Of a stretch of 64,000 nucleotides of DNA, positions 1 to 9,677 are shown piece by piece. Below the pieces are notes generated by a model that worked only from the letters and a program-made list of their open reading frames with translations, did not search any database and was not told the DNA's origin. The stretch is from Verrucomicrobiia bacterium (GTDB lineage Bacteria; Verrucomicrobiota; Verrucomicrobiia; Limisphaerales; UBA1319). Numbering within the stretch: position 1 is the stretch's first letter; the number at the start of each line of letters is the position of its first letter. Where the stretch lies: the NCBI GenBank assembly GCA_963664225.1, contig OY760937.1:3488001-3552000 (forward strand). The letters are read 5' to 3'. A program made the position numbers and the translations under genes.

Positions 1-304
1 GCCCGAACTGGGAACCCTCAACCGGGGCCAGGCGGCAGCCCTGGCGGGGCTGGCCCCGTGGGTGCGCCAGAGCGGCCCTTGGGAAGGCCAGCGTCACATT
101 GGTGGCGGCCGGACCGGGGTGCGCCGCGCCCTCTACATGGCCTCCGTGGCAGCGGTGCGCTGCAATTCCATCCTCAAGGCCTTTTATAAGAGGCTGCGGG
201 CGGCGGGCAAGAAGCCCAAAGTGGCGCTGACAGCAGTGATGCGGAAACTCATCGTATTGATGAATCATGCCCTAAAAGATCCCAGATTCTGTGTTGCTCC
301 ATGA
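1..304 (+). CDS. IS110-family transposase/recombinase, C-terminal part (5' end outside window)
   Basis: Frame open from base 2: PELGTLNRGQAAALAGLAPWVRQSG...GGRTGVRRALYMA...FYKRLRAAGKKPKVALTAVMRKL, the IS110 Transposase_20 signature; TGA at 302-304. Confidence 0.93.
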   Translation, partial: PELGTLNRGQAAALAGLAPWVRQSGPWEGQRHIGGGRTGVRRALYMASVAAVRCNSILKAFYKRLRAAGKKPKVALTAVMRKLIVLMNHALKDPRFCVAP

Positions 305-314
305 CACCGTTGCT
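1..314 (+). mobile_element. Right end of an IS110-family element ending ...TGACACCGTTGCT, inserted in a REP
   Basis: Identity with intact REP copies (873-917, 2067-2111) starts exactly at the CT at 313-314; very short right end after the stop. Confidence 0.8.
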
Positions 315-2290
315 GCCGTATCGCGGATTTCCAATCCGCCAACCGACTCAAACTCGCAAGGCGCAGAACTTCATCCTACGGCATGCAGAAACGCCATAAA
401 ACGCCATCGGAGCGCCATTTCGTAAAACCTACCAAACTGCGTGCCCCCCCACCCGCTGGCTCGCTATCAAAATCCACCACGGATCGCCACGTTTATCCAC
501 CTTCCAAACCGCCCAATTAACCGCTCGACTTGCGGAACTTTCAATTCCTCAATTATCCATCATTTCTTCCCACGCCAAACCCACTGGCGCGCGGCCTTTG
601 AGGGTTTTGTATGGAGTCCCGTCTTTAGACGGCGCAGCATTCAAAAGGAGGGAAGTTTGAATATTTCTAACCCTCTCGATAATCCGATGACCTGCTCGAA
701 TTCGTAAAATCCACCATTATTCTATTTTCCAATCAAACGATTCCCTTCAAGCATCCCGGCAGGGATCGCAGACCCTTTTCAATGAGCTCGCGTCCCGCCC
801 GGTCAATCGCAATCAAAATCTCTATCGGACCGCCACGTTTATCCACCTTCTTGCGCGTCCAAACCGCAACTCGTAGCGCAGACATCCTGTCTGCCGTATC
901 GCGGATTTCCAATCCGCCAACCGACTCAAACTCGCAAGGCGCAGAACTTCATCCTACGGCATGCAGAAACGCCATAAAACGCCATCGGAGCGCCATTTCG
1001 TAAAACCTACCAAACTGCGTGCCTCCCCACCCGCTGGCTCGCTATCAAAATCCACCACGGATCGCCACGTTTATCCACCTTCCAAACCGCCCAATTAACC
1101 GCTCGACTTGCGGAACTTTCAATTCCTCAATTATCCATCATTTCTTCCCACGCCAAACCCACTGGCGCGCGGCCTTTGAGGGTTTTGTATGGAGTCCCGT
1201 CTTTAGACGGCGCAGCATTCAAAAGGAGGGAAGTTTGAATATTTCTAACCCTCTCGATAATCCGATGACCTGCTCGAATTCGTAAAATCCACCATTATTC
1301 TATTTTCCAATCAAACGGTTCCCTTCAAGCATCCCGGCAGGGATGCCAGCGATTAGCCGGGGGTCGAGGTCGTCCGCGACCGACACCCCCGGACACCCAA
1401 CCCAACCAACACGATCCCGGCAGGGATCGCAGACCCTTTTCAATGAGGTCGTGCCTCCCCGCCCGGTCAATCGCAATCAAAAGCTCCGTAGGAGCGTCAT
1501 GTTTATAGAAATCCAACAACCACGATATTCAAGCTCCAGAGGACCGCCACGTTTATCCACCTTCCAAACCGCCCAATTAACCGCTCGACTTGCGGAACTT
1601 TCAATTCCTCAATTATCCATCATTTCTTCCCACGCCAAACCCACTGGCGCGCGGCCTTTGAGGGTTTTGTATGGAGTCCCGTCTTTAGACGGCGCAGCAT
1701 TCAATAGGAGGGAAGTTTGAATATTTCTAACCCTCTCGATAATCCGATGACCTGCTCGAATTCGTAAAACCCACCATTATTCTATTTTCCAATCAAACGA
1801 TTCCCTTCAAGCATCCCGGCAGGGATGCCAGCGATTAGCCGGGGGTCGAGGTCGTCCGCGACCGACACCCCCGGACACCCAACCCAACCAACACGATCCC
1901 GGCAGGGATCGCAGACCCTTTTCAATGAGCTCGCGTCCCCGCCCGGTCAATCGCAATCAAAAGCTCCGTAGGAGCGTCATGTTTATAGAAATCCAACAAC
2001 CACGATATTCAAGCTCCAGAGGAGCGGCATGTCCATCCACCTTCTTGCGCGTCCAAACCGCAACTTGTAGCGCAGACATCCTGTCTGCCGTATCGCGGAT
2101 TTCCAATCCGCCAACCGACTCAAACTCGCAAGGCGCAGAACTTCATCCTACGGCATGCAGAAACGCCATAAAACGCCATCGGAGCGCCATTTCGTAAAAC
2201 CTACCAAACTGCGTGCCTCCCCACCCGCTGGCTCGCAATCAAAATCTCCATCGGATCGCCACGTTTATCCACCTTCCAAATCGCCCAATT
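313..2290. repeat. Mosaic array of long direct repeats built from several REP-like palindromes
   Basis: 313-766 is near-identical to 891-1344 (offset 578); about 1066-1543 recurs at offset 480-482; about 841-1095 recurs at offset 1194. The same 88-aa ORF appears at 441 and 1019. Confidence 0.95.
873..917 (+). repeat. GTAG-type double-hairpin REP (second intact copy 2067-2111; IS110-interrupted copy 313-339)
   Basis: GTAGC-GCAGAC-atcct-GTCTGC-cgtatc-GCGGATT-tcc-AATCCGC. Confidence 0.8.
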
Positions 2291-2496
2291 TCTGTTTTTT
2301 TTCTCCATTGTCCATTGTCAATTATCCATTCCCCCTCCCCCCCCATCCTGCACATCCTGTCTATCCATGTGGGCTTGCTTTGTGCTTCCATTTGAATAGC
2401 CCCTGTCCTCAGTTTTTTGTCCTCCCCGCTCCCGCAAATAAATCACTTGATGTCTTGCCTGTGAGGTGTTTTTGGGAATAAAAAGAACGAATCGCT

Positions 2497-5448
2497 ATGA
2501 AAATGACCCATCCACGCCACTGGATTTATTCGCTGATATTGTGCGCCACCATTCTGGGCATTGCGCGGCCCAACCCGGCCCCTGCCGCGCCAGCAGCGCC
2601 TCAGACGGACGTCGAACCCCTGCGCGCCCAATGGATCTGGCTCAACCGGCGGGACGTGTACGATTACAACCAGACCATTATTCTGCGCAAATCGTTCCGC
2701 GTTAGTGATGCCGAAAAAGCAACCCTCCGCATCACGGCGGATAGCTACTATCGCGTCTTCATCAACGGGCAATGGGTCAACGACGGCCCCTGCCGGAGTT
2801 GGCCGGAGCATTTCCAGTTCGATGTCATCGATGCCGCGCCTTACCTGGTCAGCGGCGCCAACGAGATTCGCGTCATCGCGCGCTATTACGGCGTGGGCGA
2901 TTTTCATCATGTGCCCCGCCAGGCCGGCTTCCTGGCCCAACTCGACGTGACGCATGGGAGCAAGGTCATGAGCATTGTCAGTGACAGTTCCTGGGAAGCC
3001 GCCAATGCCCCCGCGTGGACCCAGAACACCCCCAAGGTCAGCATCCAGATGGAGGCTTGCGAACTCTACGATGCGCGCCTCGAGGACTCGCTTTCCTTCA
3101 AGCACGCCGCCGTCCTCTACGACGCCGACAAGGGGCCGTGGAAGGACCTGAGCGCCCGCGACACCGCCCTGCTCACTAAGGAACCGGTCTCGTTCAAAAC
3201 ATTTCTCGGCGCAAAAGCCGTGCGCGCGGATGGTTGGGATTTCTGCCTGCCCGCGGCGCGTTTGGTGCATCCCGGTCTCATCGAAGCCAATCACAATGCC
3301 AGTTGTGCCAGCGGAATGGCGACCCTTCTCAACGCACAAACCGATTGCACCATCGAGCTTCAAAACGACGGCATGCGCATCAGCGTCGATGGCCAGATGG
3401 TTGATAACAAGCCGCTCAAAGTCACCGCAGGCACGCACATGGTCCTCGCATTGGTCAGCGATATTTACGGTCACAACAAGGAAAAGGCCGTGGGTTTCAT
3501 GAATCCGAAAGGCTTCACCCTGGAGAATCCCCTGCGCGCGGGCGAAGAAAACCCGTGGTGTTTCATCCGTTTCCCCGAGTTTGCCTTGGCCGACACCGAT
3601 CTGCAATGGCCCTCGTTCAGGACCGAAGGCTCGCCCCTGGGAAAAGCCGCCAGCGGTTACGACCAGGCACGCACGGAGTTATTCAAACAGGTGAAGGATG
3701 CCGACACTTTCAAGCAATTCGCAGGCAAGCGCGCGGAATTGATGGCCAGTGACAAAATGTTCGTCAAAGATACCTTCTGGCAGTTCACCCAGCGCAAACC
3801 CGTCGGCGACGCCACCGCGCTGGTCCGTAATCCCTCCGGTTTGCTCTACAACACCCCGGAGTCCACAGTCGTCAGCCCCTCGCCCCAAGGCGACGTGGAA
3901 CTGCTCTATGATCTGGGCGAGCAGCGCTGCGGTTACTATCAATTCGATCTGATGGCCGACGCCGGCGTGCAGGTGGACATCTACGGCATCGAATACATCA
4001 CCCCCGAAGGCCGCCTGCAGCACAGTTGGGGAAACCGCAATGGCATGCGCTACATCACCAAAGAGGGCGTGAACCATTTCACCTCCCTCAAGCGCCGCTC
4101 CGGTCGCTATGTGTTCATCACGTTCCGCAACTTGAAGACCCCCGCGCGCATCCGGGAGTTTAAGGTGATCGAATCGACCTACCCCGTTCAATACGCCGGC
4201 AGCTTCCGTTGCAGCGATGAACGCCTCGCCCGTATCTGGGACATCTCCACACGCACGCTCAAGCTGTGCATGGAAGACACCTTTACCGATTGCCCGCTTT
4301 ACGAGCAGACCCATTGGGTGGGCGACGCGCGCAACGAATCGCTCCTCGCCTACGGAGTTTTCGGGGCGGGTGACCTGGCCCGCCGCTGCATCGACATCAC
4401 GGCCCAATCCCTCGAGCGTTACCCGATTGCCGGTTGCCAGACGCCCTCCTGCTGGGAATGCCTGCTGCCCGCCTGGAGTTTCCTGTGGGGCATTTCCACC
4501 TGGGACCATTACGAGGCCACGGGCGACAAGGAATGGCTCCGAAGCATCCAACCGGCGGTCCTGAAGAACTTGAAAGGCGCGGAGCAATTCGTGAATGACC
4601 GCGACCTGTTCAGCGGGCCTTTCTGGAATATGTTCGACTGGACCGGCGCGGACCAGGGACAAAAAACCGTCCTGCACAACAGCATGTTCATGGTCGGCGC
4701 GATCGATGCCGCGTTGAAGGAAGCCGATGCGCTGGGCGATACATCAAACACCGCATGGCTGAAAGCACTGCGCGCCCGCCTGGTGGGCGGCATCAACAAG
4801 CTCTGGGATCCGGTGAAGCAGTCCTATCCCGACGCGATTCGGGATGATGGCACCATCAGCCCTTCCATCTGCCAGCACACCAGCTTTCTGTCCCTGCTTT
4901 ATGACATTGTGCCCAAAGACAATGCCGCCGCCGCGCTGAAGAACCTCACCGCTCCGCCCGAGAAGATGGTCCGCATCGGCTCCCCCTTCGCGGTGCTCTA
5001 TCTCTACGAGACATACGAGAAACTCGCCATGGAGGATCAGATCGTCAGAGAGATCTACACCAACTACCTGCCCATGGTCGAAAGCGGCGCAACAACCGTC
5101 TGGGAGAGTTTTCCCACCGGCACCACCGGCAGCGGCGGTTTCCCCACCCGCAGTCATTGCCACGCCTGGTCCTCGGCGCCCTCCCGATTCCTGAACCGGA
5201 TCATCCTTGGCGTGAAGGAAACCTCGCCCGGCGGCGCCTCGGTAACGATCAGCCCACGAGTCAACCGGTTGACTTGGGCCCAGGGCACCACTCTCACCGC
5301 TCGCGGACCCGTGGATGTAAGCTGGAAACTCGAAGACAAGACGTTGCGCGTGAATTACTTGGCACCTGAAGGCACCAGGGTGGAATTCCTGAAAAACAGC
5401 AGCCACGAAGGCTTGAAACTCGTGGTAAACGGTAAACCGGTTGAATGA
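2497..5448 (+). CDS. Secreted alpha-L-rhamnosidase-like glycoside hydrolase (GH78)
   Basis: Signal peptide; ITADSYYRVFINGQWV, LYDLGEQRCG, TDCPLYEQTHWVGD, GATTVWE, SHCHAWSSAP motifs. Confidence 0.9.
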   Translation: MKMTHPRHWIYSLILCATILGIARPNPAPAAPAAPQTDVEPLRAQWIWLNRRDVYDYNQTIILRKSFRVSDAEKATLRITADSYYRVFINGQWVNDGPCRSWPEHFQFDVIDAAPYLVSGANEIRVIARYYGVGDFHHVPRQAGFLAQLDVTHGSKVMSIVSDSSWEAANAPAWTQNTPKVSIQMEACELYDARLEDSLSFKHAAVLYDADKGPWKDLSARDTALLTKEPVSFKTFLGAKAVRADGWDFCLPAARLVHPGLIEANHNASCASGMATLLNAQTDCTIELQNDGMRISVDGQMVDNKPLKVTAGTHMVLALVSDIYGHNKEKAVGFMNPKGFTLENPLRAGEENPWCFIRFPEFALADTDLQWPSFRTEGSPLGKAASGYDQARTELFKQVKDADTFKQFAGKRAELMASDKMFVKDTFWQFTQRKPVGDATALVRNPSGLLYNTPESTVVSPSPQGDVELLYDLGEQRCGYYQFDLMADAGVQVDIYGIEYITPEGRLQHSWGNRNGMRYITKEGVNHFTSLKRRSGRYVFITFRNLKTPARIREFKVIESTYPVQYAGSFRCSDERLARIWDISTRTLKLCMEDTFTDCPLYEQTHWVGDARNESLLAYGVFGAGDLARRCIDITAQSLERYPIAGCQTPSCWECLLPAWSFLWGISTWDHYEATGDKEWLRSIQPAVLKNLKGAEQFVNDRDLFSGPFWNMFDWTGADQGQKTVLHNSMFMVGAIDAALKEADALGDTSNTAWLKALRARLVGGINKLWDPVKQSYPDAIRDDGTISPSICQHTSFLSLLYDIVPKDNAAAALKNLTAPPEKMVRIGSPFAVLYLYETYEKLAMEDQIVREIYTNYLPMVESGATTVWESFPTGTTGSGGFPTRSHCHAWSSAPSRFLNRIILGVKETSPGGASVTISPRVNRLTWAQGTTLTARGPVDVSWKLEDKTLRVNYLAPEGTRVEFLKNSSHEGLKLVVNGKPVE

Positions 5449-5993
5449 AGCGCCTGCTGCTATTCATCACGTTCGGATTGCTGACCACAATACCCGGTGA
5501 AATACTGAACCAAGTCCTTGCCCGGCACGACATTAGAGCCTTTCGCAGCACCATGATCAGCTACGTCATTTTGCTGTTTATTGGCTTCTTCGTGGCAAAA
5601 GGCCTTTGCCGGCTGTTCAGGAAGCGATGCTATGCCGCCCTGGCAAACTACCTGTTCTTCGGAACGCTCGGCTTGATGGTCGAATGGTTTTTGCTGGGGA
5701 ACGCTCCGGTAATCGATCCACTCCAAGTGGTTACACAGCCTGGTATGTTCACGTTCTGGGCTGCAATGCTGCTCACGCCGTGGCTGCTTTTGGAGCCTCC
5801 CGAGTTCTCGGCATTGAAGAAGCGATTCGTGAGGTATTTCGTTGGATTCTCTCTTTTATACCTGTCTGTGGCCGTGCTGCTTCCGAAAGAAAAAGGCGGC
5901 ATCTTCTTCGGCTTTATCCTTTTCGCCACCGGCTATGTCGGCCTCAACTATTACTTCTGGCAATACTTCCAGATGCTCAAAAGGCCGTCGTGA
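5445..5993 (+). CDS. Multi-pass membrane protein of unknown function
   Basis: 182 aa, about six hydrophobic segments, ATGA overlap with the GH78 stop. Confidence 0.75.
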   Translation: MKRLLLFITFGLLTTIPGEILNQVLARHDIRAFRSTMISYVILLFIGFFVAKGLCRLFRKRCYAALANYLFFGTLGLMVEWFLLGNAPVIDPLQVVTQPGMFTFWAAMLLTPWLLLEPPEFSALKKRFVRYFVGFSLLYLSVAVLLPKEKGGIFFGFILFATGYVGLNYYFWQYFQMLKRPS

Positions 5994-6029
5994 AGACGGC
6001 CTGTTGCAAATCCCTGATAGCGTTCCACA

Positions 6030-6350
6030 TCAGCTCACAGCGATGAGTCCAACCCGCTCGTTTTTCGCGTTGCGGGAGATTCCAGTGGCACGCGGATCCA
6101 GCGTAGGCACTCCATCGACCAGGAACAAATACTGGTGATGTCCATGATGCAGAGGGATATGCGCCACCCAGCCCCCGTCGGGTTGGTGCTTCATCGGATT
6201 GGCATTGGGCTCCCAATTATTAAAATCGCCAATGACCGAAACCATCTTGGCTTGAGGCGCGAGGCACAGAAAATTGATCGCTCGGCTCGTTCCCTTCGCC
6301 GAATAACGATCGGTTTTCCGAATATTCGCTGTGTAGGATTCTAAAAACAT
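6030..6350 (-). CDS. Stand-alone CBM48/early-set glycogen-binding domain protein
   Basis: APQAKMVSVIGDFNNW...GGW...LHHGHHQYLFLVDG...DP. Confidence 0.88.
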   Translation of the reverse strand: MFLESYTANIRKTDRYSAKGTSRAINFLCLAPQAKMVSVIGDFNNWEPNANPMKHQPDGGWVAHIPLHHGHHQYLFLVDGVPTLDPRATGISRNAKNERVGLIAVS

Positions 6351-6709
6351 TTTTCCAGCAAGTTAAATTTTTAGCCGTTCCAACCTAATTATTAAGTGCT
6401 GACGGCTTTCGGCAATAAATTGAGCATAAGTCGTGCCTCTGGGCAAGCCTCTTCATTTCGGGAGGTGAAGAGTTTCAGCATGCAAAACGAATTTGTAACT
6501 AAATCAAATGCGATAACGATATCGCTTTCAAAATAACACAATATATCGGGTTATTATCACAATAATTAACCTTTAAATCGCAATGGTTATCATTTGCTGA
6601 ATGTTGAAATGCGCTGAAATCTAACACTGCCCGCGTGCTTTTCACACCCTGTTAATGCATCGGGTTTTGGAATCCGCCAATCCATACCCGGAGCGCGATC
6701 CTTAGTCTC

Positions 6710-7999
6710 TCAGATGGTCCAGCCCTTGCGATAGGCTTGGCTCAACACGGCAGCCGCCTCGGGGACATTGGGCACTGTGAGGTTGGGTCCGTCCCATTCA
6801 AGCCGTTTGCCGGTGCGCAAAGCCACAACACCCAGTAGAACGATCTCAGTTAATGGCCCTGCGTAATCGAAATTCGACTCGGCTGGTTTGCCGCCTTTGC
6901 ACGCTTGCAACCATTCCTGATGGTGATTGACGGAGCGGAGCAGGGTGGGTTGTGGGGATTTGAAATCGCGCGGTTGGGGCATTAACCGGGGTGCGCCACC
7001 CAGCGGTAGAACGATCCGACCTTTGGAACCGATGAAAACGGTGCCGTTTTTAATGCCAGTGCCTGATTCAGCAGCCTCACTGACCATTGGTGCGCCCCCG
7101 TCATACCAATGCAGGCGCACGGCGGGCAGGGGGCCACGCGAGGGAAATTGGTAACGGACAGTGGACGATTTGGGGGCGGATTCGGGGGTCATCCCAATCG
7201 CCTCAGCCTCAACGAGTGCGGGTTGGCCCAGATTCAAGGCCCAGAATGCCGCATCCAGTATGTTGCATCCCATATCGCCCAGAGCGCCATTGCCGAAGTC
7301 CCACCAGCCGCGCCAGTTCATGGGTTGGTAACAAGGATGATAGGGACGTTCGACCGCGGGTCCGAGCCAGAGATCCCAATCCAAATGCGGTGGAACGGGC
7401 GGGGTATCAACAGGCCGGGTGAGGCCCTGGGGCCAGGTGGGCCGGTCGGTCCAGCAATAGACTTCGCCCACCGGGCCGATGACTCCGCCTTGAATCCACT
7501 CCACAGCCTGCCGCGTGCCATCGGCGGAATGGGTCAGGTTGCCCATTTGGGTGGACACCTTGTGTTCACGCGCCGCTTGTGCGATCAACCGGGCTTCGGC
7601 CACCGTATGGGTCAGGGGAGTTTCGCAATAGACATGTCGGCCCGAGCGGATGGAGGCCAGGGTGGCCACCGCGTGAGTATGATCGGCGGTGCTGATCACC
7701 ACGGCCTCGATGTCTTTTTGCTCCAGCATCTTGCGAAAATCGCGATACGGCTTTGCAGCGGGGAATTGCTGTGTGGCTGCGGCGAGGTTGTTCGCGTTGG
7801 TGTCGCATAACGCAACCACGTTTTCACCCGCCAGAGCCGCGAGATTTTCAGCGCCTTGTCCGCCGCAGCCAACAAAAGCGATGTTGAGCTTCCGTCCGGC
7901 CTCCTGACTGCGGAGGAGCGTTGGGAAACTGAATGCCGCACCCCCTGTCAGGAGCGTGGCGCACTCCAAAAAGCGACGTCTTGATAAACCGCTGACCAT
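6710..7999 (-). CDS. Gfo/Idh/MocA-family oxidoreductase with Tat signal
   Basis: SRRRFL twin-arginine motif, VGCGGQG, HVYCETP (EKP variant), WDLWLGP, GDMGCNILD; alternative TTG start at 8011. Confidence 0.92.
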   Translation of the reverse strand: MVSGLSRRRFLECATLLTGGAAFSFPTLLRSQEAGRKLNIAFVGCGGQGAENLAALAGENVVALCDTNANNLAAATQQFPAAKPYRDFRKMLEQKDIEAVVISTADHTHAVATLASIRSGRHVYCETPLTHTVAEARLIAQAAREHKVSTQMGNLTHSADGTRQAVEWIQGGVIGPVGEVYCWTDRPTWPQGLTRPVDTPPVPPHLDWDLWLGPAVERPYHPCYQPMNWRGWWDFGNGALGDMGCNILDAAFWALNLGQPALVEAEAIGMTPESAPKSSTVRYQFPSRGPLPAVRLHWYDGGAPMVSEAAESGTGIKNGTVFIGSKGRIVLPLGGAPRLMPQPRDFKSPQPTLLRSVNHHQEWLQACKGGKPAESNFDYAGPLTEIVLLGVVALRTGKRLEWDGPNLTVPNVPEAAAVLSQAYRKGWTI

Positions 8000-8107
8000 A
8001 TTCTTTTTCAAGCTGCACGATGCACAAACACGGCATTATGCCTACCCACCGGACGCCCGCTGCTCAAGAAGAATCGCAAATCCCAATTTTCGCACGAGAA
8101 GGAAAAA

Positions 8108-8142
8108 TGGACGCGCTGCGGTCTTTCGGATAGGATCGGGGC
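8108..8142 (+). promoter_or_regulatory. Putative sigma70 promoter, probably leaderless, for the OsmC-family gene
   Basis: TGGACG-N17-TAGGAT-N6-ATG; no SD. Confidence 0.45.
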
Positions 8143-8556
8143 ATGGCAGTGGAAATGGAAATTGTTTATGAAGGGGGCCTGCGTTGCAGTGCCAGACATG
8201 GACCTTCGGGCCAGGTGATCGCCACAGACGCTCCCGTGGATAACGGAGGCAATGGGGCGGCGTTTTCGCCCACCGATCTCGTGGGTGCCGCCCTGGGCGC
8301 CTGCATGTTGACCATCATGGGAAAGGTGGCTGACAGGAATGGCATCGACCTGCTGGGAACAAAGGTCCGCGTCACCAAGGAAATGGCCAGCGAGCCGGTG
8401 CGTCGAATCAAACGGCTGGGCGTTGTCATGACGTTGCCGCCCGGATTGACGCTATCGCCCGAAAACCGCGCCAGGCTCGAGAATGCCGCCCACACCTGCC
8501 CGGTGAAGCAAAGTCTGCACCCCGATGTCGTGCTCGACATCGTATTTGAGGGTTAG
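8143..8556 (+). CDS. OsmC-family protein
   Basis: TDAPVDNGGNGAAFSPTDLVGAALGACM and AHTCPVKQSL with the two conserved Cys. Confidence 0.92.
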   Translation: MAVEMEIVYEGGLRCSARHGPSGQVIATDAPVDNGGNGAAFSPTDLVGAALGACMLTIMGKVADRNGIDLLGTKVRVTKEMASEPVRRIKRLGVVMTLPPGLTLSPENRARLENAAHTCPVKQSLHPDVVLDIVFEG

Positions 8557-8793
8557 TCGCAGGTTCAATATTTTGCAGGAGCTGCCGCCAGGCAATCGTA
8601 ATATCGCCGATGGCGTTCAAGACGGCTTTGCGAACAAAGCCTTCAAGCAAACTCTTTAAAAGGCCGATGTTGATTTCATGCGCCGAATCGCTAAGATGCG
8701 ATTCGCGGGAACGTTATGATTTGGAATGTGATTTGCATTTGGCCGTTCCATTCGCTGTAGTGGGGAGTCAGAGCCCTTGAAAACCGATAAAAT

Positions 8794-9666
8794 ATGCCTG
8801 CTGCGTTAAGCACCAGTGAAGAAGCCCAGTTGATGCAGACGATTGAGATGTTCGAAGTGATCACTCAATCGCAGCCTCTGGACTATCAATCCTTGGAAAT
8901 TCTCAAGGAGGCCTATTTCAAGCTCGGTCAGCACAAGGAGGTCATCAACACTGCAAAACGCATCGCCCAGGCCTACGTTCAGTTGGGCCAGCTTTCCTCT
9001 GCCATTTTCGAATACGAAAGTGTCCTGCAACTCTTTCCCGGCGATCCGGATGTCATCCAGGCCCTGTCGCAAATCGAAAACCGCGCCGGCAGCATCTCCG
9101 ATCATCCTCCGGAAGTTGAAGCGCCCGACAAGAAAACCACCGAATCGGTCAGGTTTTCGGCCAATCCCAACAATTCCACCCCGGCCATGCAATCCTCTGG
9201 AGCTTCACCGGCCGATGTGGATGATGGGCGCAAGATCATGAGCAAGCTCTTTGTGGACGGCAAGCACATGACCGAAGGAGATTTCAACCGGTATTGGCGC
9301 ACACCGCCGTTGAACGATTCGCCGTCGCAGGTCATTCCGCCGTTTGTCATTGTCCTGGCCGACAAAGGGATTTTGCCGCTGGAAAAAACGGTCAAGATCG
9401 TCATGGACAAGGCCCGTCTGGGATTCCTGCCCATCGATCGCTACGAAGTGGACATGGACGTGGCCCGCAGCGTTCCCAAGGAGATCTGCCGACGCTGGTG
9501 CGTCCTGCCCTTCGATCGGATGAGCAAATCCACTCTGGTGGCCACCGCCAATCCCTTCAATAAACAGGCCGTTCGGGAGTTGGAGCAGGTCACTCAGACG
9601 CGCCTTCTCTGGTATATGGCCAACCCTCCCGACCTGGTTAAATCCATACAATCCATATTTCGCTGA
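8794..9666 (+). CDS. TPR-like N-terminus plus GspE/PilB N-terminal-like domain, no ATPase
   Basis: Helical TPR-like N-terminus; C-terminal VPKEICRRWCVLPF...LVATANP resembles the T2SSE_N subdomain of the next gene. Confidence 0.75.
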   Translation: MPAALSTSEEAQLMQTIEMFEVITQSQPLDYQSLEILKEAYFKLGQHKEVINTAKRIAQAYVQLGQLSSAIFEYESVLQLFPGDPDVIQALSQIENRAGSISDHPPEVEAPDKKTTESVRFSANPNNSTPAMQSSGASPADVDDGRKIMSKLFVDGKHMTEGDFNRYWRTPPLNDSPSQVIPPFVIVLADKGILPLEKTVKIVMDKARLGFLPIDRYEVDMDVARSVPKEICRRWCVLPFDRMSKSTLVATANPFNKQAVRELEQVTQTRLLWYMANPPDLVKSIQSIFR

Positions 9667-9677
9667 CACACCCACCC

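Noticed and set aside
313..2290. CRISPR array, or real genes among the duplicated 60-125 aa ORFs
   Set aside because: No unique spacers or cas genes; the ORFs are translations of palindromic repeats.
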